A stretch of 64,000 bases of DNA from Macrostomum lignano (GCA_002269645.1 NIVC01001362.1:241752-305751); one strand, 5' to 3'; shown: positions 38,423 through 51,439, counted from the stretch's first letter. The notes: generated by a model from the letters alone, not told the origin. Numbers and translations: made by a program.

Positions 38423-41400
38423 TCAGCAAAAAACCCGACACGATGGCAGATGGGCATTAAGAAACTTCCTAATCGTGGCTGTTGCAGATGGGCAGTTTGT
38501 CAGCTCCACAGCTCGCAGCTGTCGCATTCGAATCAGGTGACAAAAGCCGTCGCCACTGATTCGACTGTTTCCTAGAAAATTTACGCGAAAGGTTTAATTT
38601 GTTATAATTATAGCGAGAAAATTTAAATTGAAAATGAACTAGGTGCATTTCTTAGAAAACTCTGTTTCAATCATGAAGTTTCGGAGTATGATATATTTTT
38701 AGCACTAAAATTTGGATATAAGTCTTACCAGCCACGGACAAAAAACTCAATGTACGAAGGTTAAGAATGTGCCGAATTGAGGTGTCACTGAGACTCGAGC
38801 ACCAGCGTAGGCACAGACTGCGAAGTTTCGGCATTGTTGACAGGTAGCCAACGCCGATGTCCGATATGCTGCTGCACCTGCGGGTGGGGTGTACTGGTTG
38901 ACCCATTGTGTGTCTCTCACATTCCCTTTACCCTCCCCCCTCTGCCCTCATCTCTCTGCCCTCCTACCTCTACCCTCCTCCCTCTACCCTCCTCTCTCTA
39001 CCCTCCTCTCTCTGCCCTCATCCCTCTACCCTCCTCTCTCTACCCTCCTCCCTCTACCCTCCTCTCTCTACCCTCCTCTCTCTGCCCTCCTCTCTCTAAC
39101 CTCCTCTCTCTACCCTCCTCTCTCTGCCCTCCTCCCTCTACCCTCCTCTCTCTACCCTTCTCTCTCTACCCTTCTCTCTCTACCCTCTCTCTGCCCTCCT
39201 CTCTCTACCCTCCTCCCTCTACCCTCCTCTCTCTGCCCTCCTCTCTCTACCCTCCTCCTTCTACCCTCCTCTCTCTACCCTCCTCTCTCTACCCTTCTCT
39301 CTCTACCCTCTCTCTGCCCTCCTCTCTCTACCCTCCTCTCTCTACCCTCCTCCCTCTACCCTCCTCCCTCTACCCTCCTCTCTCTACCCTCCTCTCTCTA
39401 CCCTCCTCCCTCTACCCTCCTCCCTCTACCCTCCTCCCTCTACCCTCCTCTCTCTACCCTCCTCTCTCTACCCTCCTCTCTCTACCCTCCTGCCTCTACC
39501 CTCCTCCCTCTACCCTCCTCTCTCTACCCTCCTTTCCTCTACACTCCTCTCTCTGCCCTCCTCCCTCTAACCTCACTCCTCTCCCCAGCCGCACACCTCT
39601 TCTCAATGCTAAACTCAATAAAAGTGCACGCTCGAAGAGACGCGCGACAAGCGCTCATGTCATGTTCTCTTTCTAACCATCGAATTCAATGTGGTTAACA
39701 GAAACTGCTACCGCGGCTCTTAGCCTTATTGGCTAAACATTTTTGGTCTATATCGACCGCCATAGCCCATATGTCGTTCTTATACGCTCGTAGAGAGTAT
39801 AGAGCAGTGTAGTATTATATCAAATAGCAGTAGTTCTTACTGTAAAGTTGCGTGCAACATCAGCGCTTTTTCAACAAGAAAATAAGAAGGAAGTTTGAGG
39901 AAATGTGCCTCCCCTCTGTTGAAGCGATAATTCGAAACATCGGATCAATATCCACTATAGGGAAGGGCTCAGAGAACTAAACATGGAGTTGGAAAAGGTC
40001 GAGTAGTGTGAGACACAAGTCTAGGACCGTGTACTTATATCTGCTGAGAGTTCTTAGACCGACAGCTTTGACACTATTTCCGGCCAAATAGATCCTGTCA
40101 CTCCCCCATAAATCAAATCACTCTGTCACTCTTCCATAGATCAAATCACTCTGTCACTCTCCCATAAATCAAATCACTCTGTCACTCTTCCATAGATCAA
40201 ATCACTCTGTCACTCTCCCATAAATCAAATCACTCTGTCACTCTCCTATAGATCAAATTATTCTCTCACTCTCCCATAGATCAAATAATTCTCTCACTCT
40301 CCCATTGATCAAATAATTCTCTCACTCTCCCATAGATCAAATGATTCTGTCACTCTCCCATAGGTCAAATGATTCTCTCACTCTCCCATAGGTCAAATGA
40401 TTCTGTCACTCTCCCATAGGTTAAATGATTCTGTCACTCTCCCATAGGTCAAATGATTCTGTCACTCTCCCATAGGTCAAATGATTCTGTCACTCTCCCA
40501 TAGGTCAAATGATTCTGTCACTCTCCCATAGGTCAAATGATTCTGTCACTCTCCCATAGGTTAAATGATTCTGTCACTCTCCCATAGGTCAAATGATTCT
40601 GTCACTCTCCCATAGGCCAAATGATTCTGTCACTCTCCCATAGGTCAAATGATTCTGTCACTCTCCCATAGGTCAAATGATTCTCTCACTCTCCCATAGG
40701 TCAAATGATTCTGTCACTCTCCCATAGGTTAAATGATTCTGTCACTCTCCCATAGGTCAAATGATTCTGTCACTCTCCCATAGGTCAAATGATTCTGTCA
40801 CTCTCCCATAGGTCAAATGATTCTGTCACTCTCCCATAGGTCAAATGATTCTGTCACTCTCCCATAGGTTAAATGATTCTGTCACTCTCCCATAGGTCAA
40901 ATGATTCTGTCACTCTCCCATAGGCCAAATGATTCTGTCACTCTCCCATAGGTCAAATGATTCTGTCACTCTCCCATAGGTCAAATGATTCTGTCACTCT
41001 CCCATAGGTTAAATGATTCTGTCACTCTCCCATAGGTCAAATGATTCTGTCACTCTCCCATAGGTCAAATGATTCTGTCACTCTCCCATAGGTCAAATGA
41101 TTCTGTCAATCTCCCATAGGTCAAATGATTCTCATCACTCTCCCATGGATCAAAAAATTCTCTCACTCTCCCATAGGTCAAATGATTCTCATCACTCTCC
41201 CATAGGTCAAATGATTCTGTCACTCTCCCATAGGTTAAATGATTCTGTCACTCTCCCATAGGACAAATGATTCTGTCACTCTCCCATAGGTCAAATGATT
41301 CTGTCACTCTCCCATAGGTCAAATGATTCTGTCACTCTCCCATAGGTCAAATGATTCTGTCACTCTCCCATAGGTCAAATGATTCTGTCACTCTCCCATA

Positions 41401-44400
41401 GGTCAAATGATTCTGTCACCCACTCATCATGGCAGTTTGCAGATCCTGCAGTTCCACAGCTGCATTCAAGGCTTATCTGCGTCAACATCAGCCTGTCTTA
41501 TCAGTATTTTTCTGTAATCCAGTGCTTGCAAGTTCCGGAATCCAGAACTTTAAATTTGACTTTTATTCCGAAAAAGTCTCTACAATATTTATATTCTGGC
41601 CTTTTAAGTAGGATATCGAATCTTATTAGGTTTAAACAGCTGTATTCTACTAATGATTTCATTAATAGATGATATTATTTAAGAACCTAAAGTGGACACT
41701 TCTAGACTTTCACAGTATTTTTTCGGACACCCAATGCTAATTTCGGACACCCTTTCGTTGAGTTCGGGCAACCTTATCCATGATATCGTATCTAGTTCCC
41801 ATCTCGGCCACCCTGTTCCCCATCTCGGCCACAAAGCTGTTCCCCATCTCGGCCACCTATAGCTGTTCCCAATCTCGGCCACCCAGCTGTTCCCCATCTC
41901 GGCCACCCAGCTGTTCCCCATCTCGGCCATCCTGTTACCAATCTCGGCCACCCAGCTGTTCCCCATCTCGGCCACCCAGCTGTTCCCCATCTCGGCCATC
42001 CTGTTACCAATCTCGGCCACCTAGCTGTTCCCCATCTCGGCCACCCTGTTCCCTATCTCGGCCACCCAGCTGTTCCCCATCTCGGCCACCCTGTTCCCCA
42101 TCTCGGCCACCCTGTTCCCCATCTCAACCACCCAGCTGTTACCCATTTCGGCCACCCAGCTGTTCCCCATCTCGGCCACCCTGTTACCAATCTCAGCCAC
42201 CCTGTTCCCCATCTCGCTTGGAAACACTACTATAAACTCGGACACGCTCTTCCCAATCTCGGACACCCTACTAAAAGCTCGGACACTCAATCTATGACCT
42301 AGACACTTTACCCATAAGCTCTCGGACTCGGTCTCGGATATAGTTTCGTATATCAGCTATATTGAGCACCAGAATTTTGGCCACAAACCCGGACGCTGAC
42401 TCACCTGTCCAGCTGCAGCACCTCGAGCTGGCAGAGGTCGCAGGCGATGCACTCAAGAGACACATCCGTGATCCGGGCGCACCAGCTCAGGTCCAGCTCT
42501 CTCAGCTGTTTCATCCGCTCGCCAATGGCATCGATGGCATCGTCGGTGATCTTGGAGCAGCCGCTGAGTGACAGGCGCTGAAGCCAAGCCAGGTTGGCAG
42601 CTAGCAGGACAACGCCTTGACTGGTCACCTCCCAGCAGCTGTTCAGAGCGAGGCCGCGGAGGCATTCAGCGGCGGGCTGATCGAACAGAGGCATCAGGCA
42701 GGCGTCTGTCACGTGATAGGCCTGGAAGTGCATGGGAATGGGAAGGTAGTGCTGCTTCACCATGGCAACCAGGTGCTTCGGTTGGTGATTGATTGGAGTT
42801 TAGCTGAGTGAAAGTTTAGAATCACTTATGAAACTCCCAAAGAAACTCAGCATCTCACGTACCTAAACACTCAGCATGTTGCCTAAACACTCAGCATGTT
42901 GCCTAAACACTCAGCATGTTGCCTAAACACCCAGCATGTTGCCTAAACACTCAGCATGTTGCCTAAACACTCAGCATGTTGCCTAAACACTCAGCATGTT
43001 GCCTAAACACTCAGCATGTTGCCTAAACACTCAGCATGTTGCCTAAACACTCAGCATGTTGCCTAAACACCGAGCATGTTGCCTAAACACTCAGCATGTT
43101 GCCTAAACACTCAGCATGTTGCCTAAACACTCAGCATGTTGCCTAAACACCGAGCATGTTGCCTAAACACTCAGCATGTTGCCTAAACACTCAGCATGTT
43201 GCCTAAACACCGAGCATGTTGCCTAAACACTCAGCATGTTGCCTAAACACTCAGCATGTTGCCTAAACACTCAGCATGTTGCCTAAACACTCAGCATGTT
43301 GCCTAAACACTCAGCATGTTGCCTAAACACCCAGCATGTTGCCTAAACACCCAGAATATTACCTAAACACCCAGAATATTACCTAAACACCCAGAATGTT
43401 ACCTAAGCACCCAGCATGTTGCCTAAACACCCAGAATGTTACCTAAGCACCCAGCATGTTGCCTAAACACCCAGCATGTTACCTAAACACCCAGAATATT
43501 ACCTAAACACCCAGAATGTTACCTAAACACCCAGCATGTTGCCTAAACACCCAGCATGTTACCTAAACACCCAGAATATTACCTAAACACCCAGAATGTT
43601 ACCTAAGCACCCAGCATGTTACCTAAACACCCAGCATGTTACCTAAACACCCAGAATATTACCTAAACACCCAGAATGTTACCTAAACACCCAGCATGTT
43701 GCCTAAACACCCAGAATGTTACCTAAACACCCAGCATGTTGCCTAAACACCCAGAATGTTACCTAAACACCCAGAATATTACCTAAACACCCAGAATGTT
43801 ACCTAAACACCCAGCATGTTGCCTAAACACCCAGAAAGCTCCCCAGCAAAATTTCACAGCCTGCCTGTCTACCTGCAGCTCAAAATTCGTCAGTCTGGGC
43901 GCGGCTTGCACCGCGGCAGCGACACTCAAGTCGGTGACAGACACGCAGTCGGTCACGTGTAGGCTGGTCAGGCGAGCTGGCAGGCAGCTCCAGAAGCCCA
44001 GCTCAGAAATGTCATTGCAAGCGATCAGCCTGAGCGAAGCCACTCCTGGCAGCGAGCCAATTAAAGCAGCCAAGCTCTGATCCGTGATGGTCGAATTGAG
44101 CACTGTCAGTTCGACCAGACTGGCTTGAAGTCTGATGCCAAGGCGAGACAGCAGCTCGTCGAGGTGTGCATCGGCGAGGCCTTGGTATTGCGGGGGTTGA
44201 GATTAAAAATCGATAGTTGAAAAAGATATTTGCTACATTTATAAACAGTAATTGCCCTGTTGAAGACTAGAAGGGGTTGTAGCCTAGTGGTTAGAGCGTC
44301 GGACTCACGATTTGAAGGTCGGGGGTTCGATTCTTGATCCCACTGGAACAATTTGTGTCCTTGAGCAAGGCACTTAACTCTGCATTGCTTCAGTTCACCC

Positions 44401-46096
44401 AGCTGTAAAATGGGTTGCCAGCATTAGCTGGGGTAATTGAGGGTGTGTGGCGACCCCCCAAGACCTTGGACTGAACAGCCTTCAGATGCAGCCTTCAGAT
44501 GCACCGCGCAATAGCTGCGGCTGAGATGTCGGTTGCACATTTAGCTCAATTATTGGTACTATTAATCGCCCCAACACTGGTCTGTCAGCATCTTCTGTCA
44601 GCAACACAACTTCTATCCCTTCTTCGGAGCGGGGCCGGTCAGCGTTGAACACGTCTGACTCGCGCGCCACACGACCTCTACCTGGCGCTCGATTCCATGA
44701 GCATTCATTTGAGGCTTGTGTGCGGTGCGAAAATTGGCCGGGGGGGCTTGTCGTGCAATTAACGCCCTTGGGGGCGCAGAGAGTGTACATGCCTGACCAT
44801 TAGAAAGTCAGGACCCCTGTACACCCTGTGTGAGCGTGTGTATGAGCGCGTGACTGCGTACAGTATTGGTGGCTTGTTTGTGCCCAGGAGTCAGCGGAAT
44901 GGGCAGAGTTGCAGTCAGCGCTGGTTGCGGGATGATGTCGGCCAAAGACATTGCACCAGGGTGCCCCTCGGTGCTGGCGCCCTTTGGTGCTGGCGCCCCT
45001 TGAAGCTGGCGCCCCTTGGAGCTGGCGCCCCTTGGAGCTGGCGCCCTTTGGTGCTGGCGCCCCTTGAAGCTGGCGCCCCTTGGAGCTGGCGCCCCTTGGA
45101 GTTGGCGCCCCTTGGAGCTGGCGCCCCTTAATTGGAGTTGGCGCCCCTTGGAGCTGGCGCCCCTTAATTGGAGTTGGCGCCCCTTAATTGGAGTTGGCGC
45201 CCCTTAATTGGAGTTGGCGCCCCTTAATTGGAGTTGGCGCCCCTTAATTGGAGTTGGCGCCCCTTAATTGGAGTTGGCGCCCCTTAATTGGAGTTGGCGC
45301 CCCTTGGAGTTGGCGCCCCCTGGAGTTGGCGCCCTTTGGTGCTGGCGCCCCTTCGTGCTGGCGCCCCTTCGTGCTAGGGCATCAAGAAATCCTGCTACGC
45401 CCCTGGCGTCATGAGTCATCATTAAGAACCCTCGAACTGCACAAACTCGCCATTGAGTACAACGGATTCGATGCCCCTCTTCAGTGCGCTCTCCGCCAGC
45501 AGGTCCAACAATGTCCAGCAGTTCTCCAGCTGTCGGATCGAGACTACCAGGCGCGCCTGCCGCCACACGGACTCCGCTGAGTACAGGGCGTCCCGCCAGG
45601 CCCGGCTAACTCGGCAGAAACGGCTGGCATCGTGCAGTGTCACGTGACGAGCCAGCTGACGGGTGAACCACGGCGAAACTGCAATTTCGCCAACTGTTGG
45701 CAAACGGCTGGCGGAGTTGGCGCCGGCGAGAGTCTGCCAACGCCTGCTCAAATAGTCTCTGTAGCGATGCTTTGGCTGAAAATGTTCCCTATGATTTTGT
45801 TGCTGCTGCTGCTGTTGCAGAGTCTGCAGTCTGCTCTCTCCCGGATGCAAGCGTAGCAAACGTTGCCTGATTGCAGCCACTGGGCCGGCGGAGCTTGCGG
45901 AGCTGCTGTTGTTGTTGCTGTTGCTGCTGTTGCTGCTGCTGCTAGAAGCAGCAGATTGACGGCATTGTCTTCTAGGAGAGCCGGAATGACTGCCGCTGCC
46001 GCTGCCGCCTCCAGCCGCCGACCCGCCCAGTCTGAAGCTGTTTCTCAGGCTGTTTGAAAGGTCAACGCAAGCTTTGGCCAGGGAGCCCATGTCCAT
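38423..46096 (-). CDS. FBXL16: F-box/LRR-repeat protein 16 orthologue
   Basis: Exons 46096-45451, 44180-43873, 42721-42405, 38877-38729 and 38571-38423, all in phase. Motifs LQ|AYHVTD, LNSCWEVTSQGVV, LSLSGCSKITDD, LDLSWCARITD, YLSTMPKLRSLCLRWC and C-terminal ELTNCPSAT...HLPSCRVFC*. Confidence 0.93.
38930..39580. repeat. CT-rich minisatellite (CTCTACCCTCCTCTCT-like), FBXL16 intron 3
   Basis: Read directly. Confidence 0.95.
40100..41420. repeat. 28-bp minisatellite (CTCTCCCATAGGTCAAATGATTCTGTCA), FBXL16 intron 3
   Basis: About 46 copies. Confidence 0.97.
41790..42215. repeat. 21/24-bp minisatellite (CCCATCTCGGCCACCCAGCTGTTC), FBXL16 intron 3
   Basis: Read directly. Confidence 0.95.
42865..43836. 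repeat. 20-bp minisatellite (CCTAAACACTCAGCATGTTG), FBXL16 intron 2
   Basis: A homogeneous left block and a variant right block (CCCAGAATRTTA). Confidence 0.97.
44272..44503 (+). mobile_element. tRNA-derived SINE with a conserved central domain (CORE/Deu-Nin-like)
   Basis: A-box TAGCCTAGTGG (44279-44289), B-box GGTTCGATTC (44323-44332), then GTGTCCTTGAGCAAGGCACTTAAC...CACCCAGCTGTAAAATGGG and a 13-bp tandem tail (CAGCCTTCAGATG x2). The 3' end is uncertain. Confidence 0.75.
44965..45372. repeat. GGCGCCCC-core array (16- and 20-bp units), FBXL16 intron 1
   Basis: Read directly. Confidence 0.95.
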
Positions 46097-46961
46097 GCTT
46101 GGGACTTTATTTATTTATATCTCTCGCTGTCTGCTTCCAGCGCTTGCTGCTTCGATCGCAAAAGAAGCCGCCTGAAACCAACAGATTTATAGGCGCGGAG
46201 AAGCTTGCTGATTGGCCGGTAGAAAAAGGAGGTTCAGAGTCTCCCGTGCCGTGCATCTGCATCTGCTTCAGTGCAGCAAGTCAAAGGATACCTATAACAG
46301 TGCTCAAACGCGAAGCGAAAGCAGTTCGATATAGTCGGTGCTAATTCCACAGCAATGGGAAGAAGTTCCCATTTTGAGGAGATGCTCAGACACGCGGAAT
46401 TTTCTCTTCAACCACCTCCTGGGGAATTAAAGAGAGCTTTGCAGTGGCTTCAGAATTGACCGACTCGCATGTGCACCTGCCCATCTCTTCTCAGCTCGAG
46501 CACTTTGAGCTCACGAGCGCGCAAAAGATTTATGAGGCACGGCTGCGACTTCGAGGTGCAGGAGCAGCAGCAGCAGATGTTCGGTCCGATTTTCAAGATA
46601 AGCCGCTTTTACCCGCTTTGCTCAGCTCCTCACGGCTTGCCCAGAAACTGCAGCTGCGGGCTAAAAAGGATACAACTCTGACGTACTTGTAATTATGAGA
46701 TGACGCTCAGGGCAGGAGAGCGGACAAAGGAGAAGAAAGATCGACTTAAGGAAGGATTAAAGAAACTTAAGAAAAACTACAGACTGAAAACTGACTGTAC
46801 AGCCACATTGCGGATGATTTGCGACACCTGAGAGCTAAATAACTATCTGTAAATTTACGGTTTACTTTTGTGGGAATTAGGTATACTATCAATACATATC
46901 GGCGCAGGTAAATTCGTGATTTTTTTGTGGAAGGGGTGTCTCATCTTCAGTAAGAATAATA

Positions 46962-47628
46962 GAATGAGGGCGCCTCATCTTTTGTTTGGAATGAGGGCGC
47001 CTCATCTTTTGTTTGGAATGAGGGCGCCTCATCTATTGCTTAGAATGAGGGCGCCTCATCTATTGTTTGGAATGAGGGCGCCTCATCTATTGTTTAGAAT
47101 GAGGGCGCCTCATCTATTGTTTAGAATGAGGGCGCCTCATCTATTGTTTGGAAAGAAGGCGCCTCATCTATTGTTTAGAATGACGGCGCCTCATCTATTG
47201 TTTAGAATGACGGCGCCTCATATTTTGTTTGGAATGAGGGCGCCTCATATTTTGTTTGGAATGAGGGCGCCTCATATTTTGTTTGGAATGAGGGCGCCTC
47301 ATGTTTTGTTTAGAATGACGGCGCCTCATCTATTGTTTAGAATGACGGCGCCTCATCTATTGTTTGGAAAGAAGGCGCCTCATCTATTGTTTAGAATGAC
47401 GGCGCCTCATCTATTGTTTAGAATGACGGCGCCTCATATTTTGTTTGGAATGAGGGCGCCTCATCTATTGTTTGGAATGAGGGCGCCTCATCTATTGTTT
47501 GGAATGAGGGCGCCTCATCTATTGTTTGGAATGACGGCGCCTCATCTATTGTTTGGAATGAGGGCGCCTCATCTATTGTTTGGAATGACGGCGCCTCATC
47601 TATTGTTTAGAATGAGGGCGCCTCATTT
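46962..47628. repeat. 27-bp minisatellite with near-palindromic core ATGAGGGCGCCTCAT
   Basis: About 24 copies. Confidence 0.96.
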
Positions 47629-47991
47629 TATGATGGAGATCGGCGTACAAACTTTATACCAGTTGTTCGAAAAAAACAGTTATAGAAGGACGTGCTTAAC
47701 TCTTTGATGAGTAGCGAATATAACTAACATTGGCAAAACCCTTTTGATGGGGCTTCTGCAGGATTTAGCCTGGGAGCGAAGCATGTCATAGCTAACTGTA
47801 TCTGAATTGGGTAAAGGGTTAATCAATAAGTTTATCCCGGAGGCTCTGTAATACCCAGTGTGTCAATCTATATTTAGTGTCCATCAGTTTGTTACAGTCG
47901 TCACTTTGCCTCTAGAGCTTGCTACACTGGGCACTGTGTACGTAATTAGTGGGGGATGAGAGACATTTCAGGGCGGCAGGCAATGAAGCAC

Positions 47992-48686
47992 CTGAAGCGG
48001 AGTGACCTGAAGCGGATTCTGAAGGACCTGAGGGGGAGTGATCTGAGGCGGATTCTGAAGGGCCTGAAGGGGAGTGACCTGAGGCGGATTCTGAAGGGCC
48101 TGAAGGGGAGTGACCTGAGGCGGATTCTGAAGGGCCTGAAGGGGAGTGACCTGAGGCGGATTCTGAAGGGCCTGAAAGGGAGTGACCTGAGGCGGATTCT
48201 GAAGGGCCTGAAGGGGAGTGACCTGAGGCGGATTCTGAAGGGCCTGAAAGGGAGTGACCTGAGGCGGATTTTGAAGGACCTGAAAGGGAGTGACCTGAGG
48301 CGGATTCTGAAGGGCCTGAAAGGGAGTGACCTGAGGCGGATTTTGAAGGACCTGAAAGGGAGTGACCTGAGGCGGATTCTGAAGGGCCTGAAGGGGAGTG
48401 ACCTGAGGCGGATTCTGAAGGGCCTGAAAGGGAGTGACCTGAGGCGGATTCTGAAGGGCCTGAAAGGGAGTGACCTGAGGCGGATTTTGAAGGACCTGAA
48501 GGGGAGTGACCTGAGGCGGATTCTGAAAGATCTGAGCGGAGTGACCTGAGGCGGATACTGCAGAACCTGAAGGGGAGTGACCTGAGGCGGATTTTGAAGG
48601 ACCTGAAAGGGAGTGACCTGAGGCGGATTCTGAAGGGCCTGAAAGGGAGTGACCTGAGGCGGATTTTGAAGGAACTGAAAGGGAGT
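47992..48686. repeat. 36-bp minisatellite (GGGAGTGACCTGAGGCGGATTCTGAAGGGCCTGAAA)
   Basis: About 19 copies; the + frame reads GSDLRRILKGLK. Confidence 0.95.
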
Positions 48687-49394
48687 CTAGCAGCAAGAAA
48701 CCTCAGGAAGACTTAAGAAACGCAAGTACTCATAATGCATGGCAAAACTCACTAAGAGAAATTACCCACTTCGAAAACATGTCAGCCAATGATTTGTTGA
48801 GCTCAAACAACCGCTGAAGATGAAGATGCGCTAATCTGTTAGGCTCAAGTTTGAGCTCCGATGAGAACAGTTCTCGAGAAAAGTTCTGGTCTAGTGATGG
48901 TGAATTCCCAGCTGGAGTGGGCGTTAAGAGTAGGGATTTTCGACAAGCAATTTAACTGAATGTCCATCAAATGAGTTTATTATGAGTTGAGTTTGAGCGA
49001 ATGCTTTATTTGATATTGCCAGATTTCAACTTTTTTAAGATGTAAAGTTTCGGCTCGTAATTTACTTTCACTGAGTTTGATTCGGTGATAGTCGCAGGTT
49101 AGGAATTGGTTTTATTATGATTGCAGCAGCTTCTCATATTAGCATGAATTTCTACTCCTAGTAGCAACGAAAGAATAGTGAAATTTCATCAATAAATGGA
49201 TAAAAAATTGAATAAATTTTAACAAGCTAGAACATCGCTATGCAATCTAGCTGTTACAATGGCATTGAAATATGCTTTTTTAATTAAAGAGGTTACGACA
49301 AAGTTATAATATAATTAACAAGTGCTACTTTTTAACTAGTTATAGTAGATGTTCTAGGTAAATATGGATGCTCATTAGATGTACTAGATATTTA

Positions 49395-49760
49395 ATAGAC
49401 GCTCTAGATGTTTACTAGACGTTCTAGATGTTCCCCTAGATGATCAAACTGTTCACTAGATGTTCCCCTAGATGATCAAACTGTTCACTAGATGTTCCCC
49501 TAGATGATCAAACTGTTCACTAGATGTTCCCCTAGATGATCAAACTGTTCACTAGATGTTCCCCTAGATGATCAAACTGTTCACTAGATGTTCCCCTAGA
49601 TGATCAAACTGTTCACTAGATGTTCCCCTAGATGATCAAACTGTTCACTAGATGCTCCCCTAGATGCTCTAACTGTTCACTAGATGTTCCCCTAGATGAT
49701 CAAACTGTTCACTAGATGTTCCCCTAGATGATCAAACTGTTCACTAGATGTTCTAGATGG
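49395..49760. repeat. 32-bp minisatellite (CTAGATGTTCCCCTAGATGATCAAACTGTTCA)
   Basis: Read directly. Confidence 0.93.
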
Positions 49761-50051
49761 TATAGATATTCATTAGCTGTTTCAGACGTTCAGTAGGTGA
49801 TCTATATGTGTTAATAGATGTTCCAGATGGCTGCTAGATGTTCTATAGACGCTAACAAGAAAATTCTAAATTAGCCATTGAGCTTATAAAATATCCATTA
49901 CGACAATCCCTATACTTCAAACAGGGGACTATATCTAAACAACTTGGGAACTACAACCCAATTTGACATAGCTGATTTCTACTCCTCAAGCAAAAGAACA
50001 AAACAAAGGAGAAAACAATTGTGACTGGTTGAGTCCAGCTTCAGCTCGAAC

Positions 50052-50519
50052 TCAGTTGAACAGCAGGCGCCCGGACACCAGAAGGGCAGTCAGGAGCGCT
50101 GTCAGCATTGAAGCTTCAACCGACCGACTGGCTGCATTGCAAAAGTCTTTGCTGCACCGGCAGTAGGTCGCGCGGACGCCCTTTGAGCCGACCCGATCGT
50201 AGCAGGAGTCCTCGGCGCTGTCGCCCTCCTCAACACTGGCCTTGCCACCACAGTGCCGCACCACCACGTTGGTGTCGCCGACCTCCTGTTGCTGAGTCCA
50301 GCACACCTGAGCGTCTGGCACCGGAGGCCGCCGATTCTTGCCGAGCTGACGGCCGACAGCGCAGTCGGCCTTCAAATCGTCTGGCGGATTTTGCAGACAG
50401 TCGGGCTCGGTCAGGCTGTCGCAGATGTAGCAGCTCAGGCCCGATGCCGGGGTCAGGAGGCTGGCGGCGGCGACCAGGGAGCAGACGGTGAACAACACGG
50501 AGTTCGGCTGGAGCAGCAT
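50052..50519 (-). CDS. Ly6/uPAR three-finger protein, quiver/sleepless-like, predicted GPI-anchored (155 aa)
   Basis: Hydrophobic signal peptide, LSCYICDS, 10 Cys in the mature domain ending YCRCSKDFCN, and a small-residue omega region plus hydrophobic tail. Confidence 0.88.
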   Translation of the reverse strand: MLLQPNSVLFTVCSLVAAASLLTPASGLSCYICDSLTEPDCLQNPPDDLKADCAVGRQLGKNRRPPVPDAQVCWTQQQEVGDTNVVVRHCGGKASVEEGDSAEDSCYDRVGSKGVRATYCRCSKDFCNAASRSVEASMLTALLTALLVSGRLLFN

Positions 50520-50571
50520 GGCTAGCGGAGTCTGCGGGTGCGATGGAGTTCAGGCTCAAATTTGAGCAGTT

Positions 50572-50996
50572 TTAGCACCAGGGGCTTTAGCACCAGAGGC
50601 TTTAGCACCAGTGGGTTTAGCACCAGTGGGTTTAGCACCAGGGGCTTTAGCACCTGCAGGGGCTTTAGCACCAGGGGCTTTAGCACCAGGGGCTTTAGCA
50701 CCAGGGGCTTTAGCACCAGGGGCTTTAGCACCAGGGGCTTTAGCACCAGGGGCTTTAGCACCAGGGGCTTTAGCACCAGGGGCTTTAGCACCAGGGGCTT
50801 TAGCACCAGGGGCTTTAGCACCAGGGGCTTTAGCACCAGGGGCTTTAGCACCAGGGGCTTTAGCACCAGGGGCTTTAGCACCAGGGGCTTTAGCACCAGG
50901 GGCTTTAGCACCAGGGGCTTTAGCACCAGGGGCTTTAGCACCAGGGGCTTTAGCACCAGGGGCTTTAGCACCAGGGGCTTTAGCACCAGGGGGCGC
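50572..50996. repeat. 15-bp minisatellite (GGGGCTTTAGCACCA)
   Basis: About 28 copies. Confidence 0.97.
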
Positions 50997-51439
50997 CAGC
51001 ACCAGGGGCACCAGCACCTTGATATCTTCGAGATTCAGTTGATAGATGGAATCTATTCAATACTAGGAGCTATATTCATTAGATGCTCTATATATTGTAA
51101 ATAGCCAGTGAAATCCATGTAGCAGCACTGCCTACTGATTCATTCTAGTTGAGATGTTTACGTTGTAAGCATGTACATGTAAATTGATTTATTCAACTCA
51201 CCAAAACTGTATGCAAAAAGTAGATTTAGCTATTGAATTTTAAAAATACAGAAGAAGCACCTTCAGGCAGAGGAATTATTTCTCAGCGGCAGAAATGCCG
51301 GCTTTTATCTGTAACTGTTTCTCTAGGGCCCGCGTTCTCAGGTGGGTCTGTCGTGAGAGCCAGAGACTTCTAAACGGAGAGAGCATCTGGACTGCTGGTC
51401 TTCTTTATCTGCAGTAAATTTAAAAACTATAACGCCCCA

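Noticed and set aside
46444-46692. Short GC-rich ORFs upstream of FBXL16
   Set aside because: Two overlapping frames are equally plausible and neither shows a known motif; probably promoter/UTR sequence.
46962-47628. CRISPR-like appearance of palindromic repeat arrays (also 6003-6332 and 51440-52325)
   Set aside because: The inter-repeat sequences are themselves repeated rather than unique spacers, there are no cas genes, and the context is eukaryotic.
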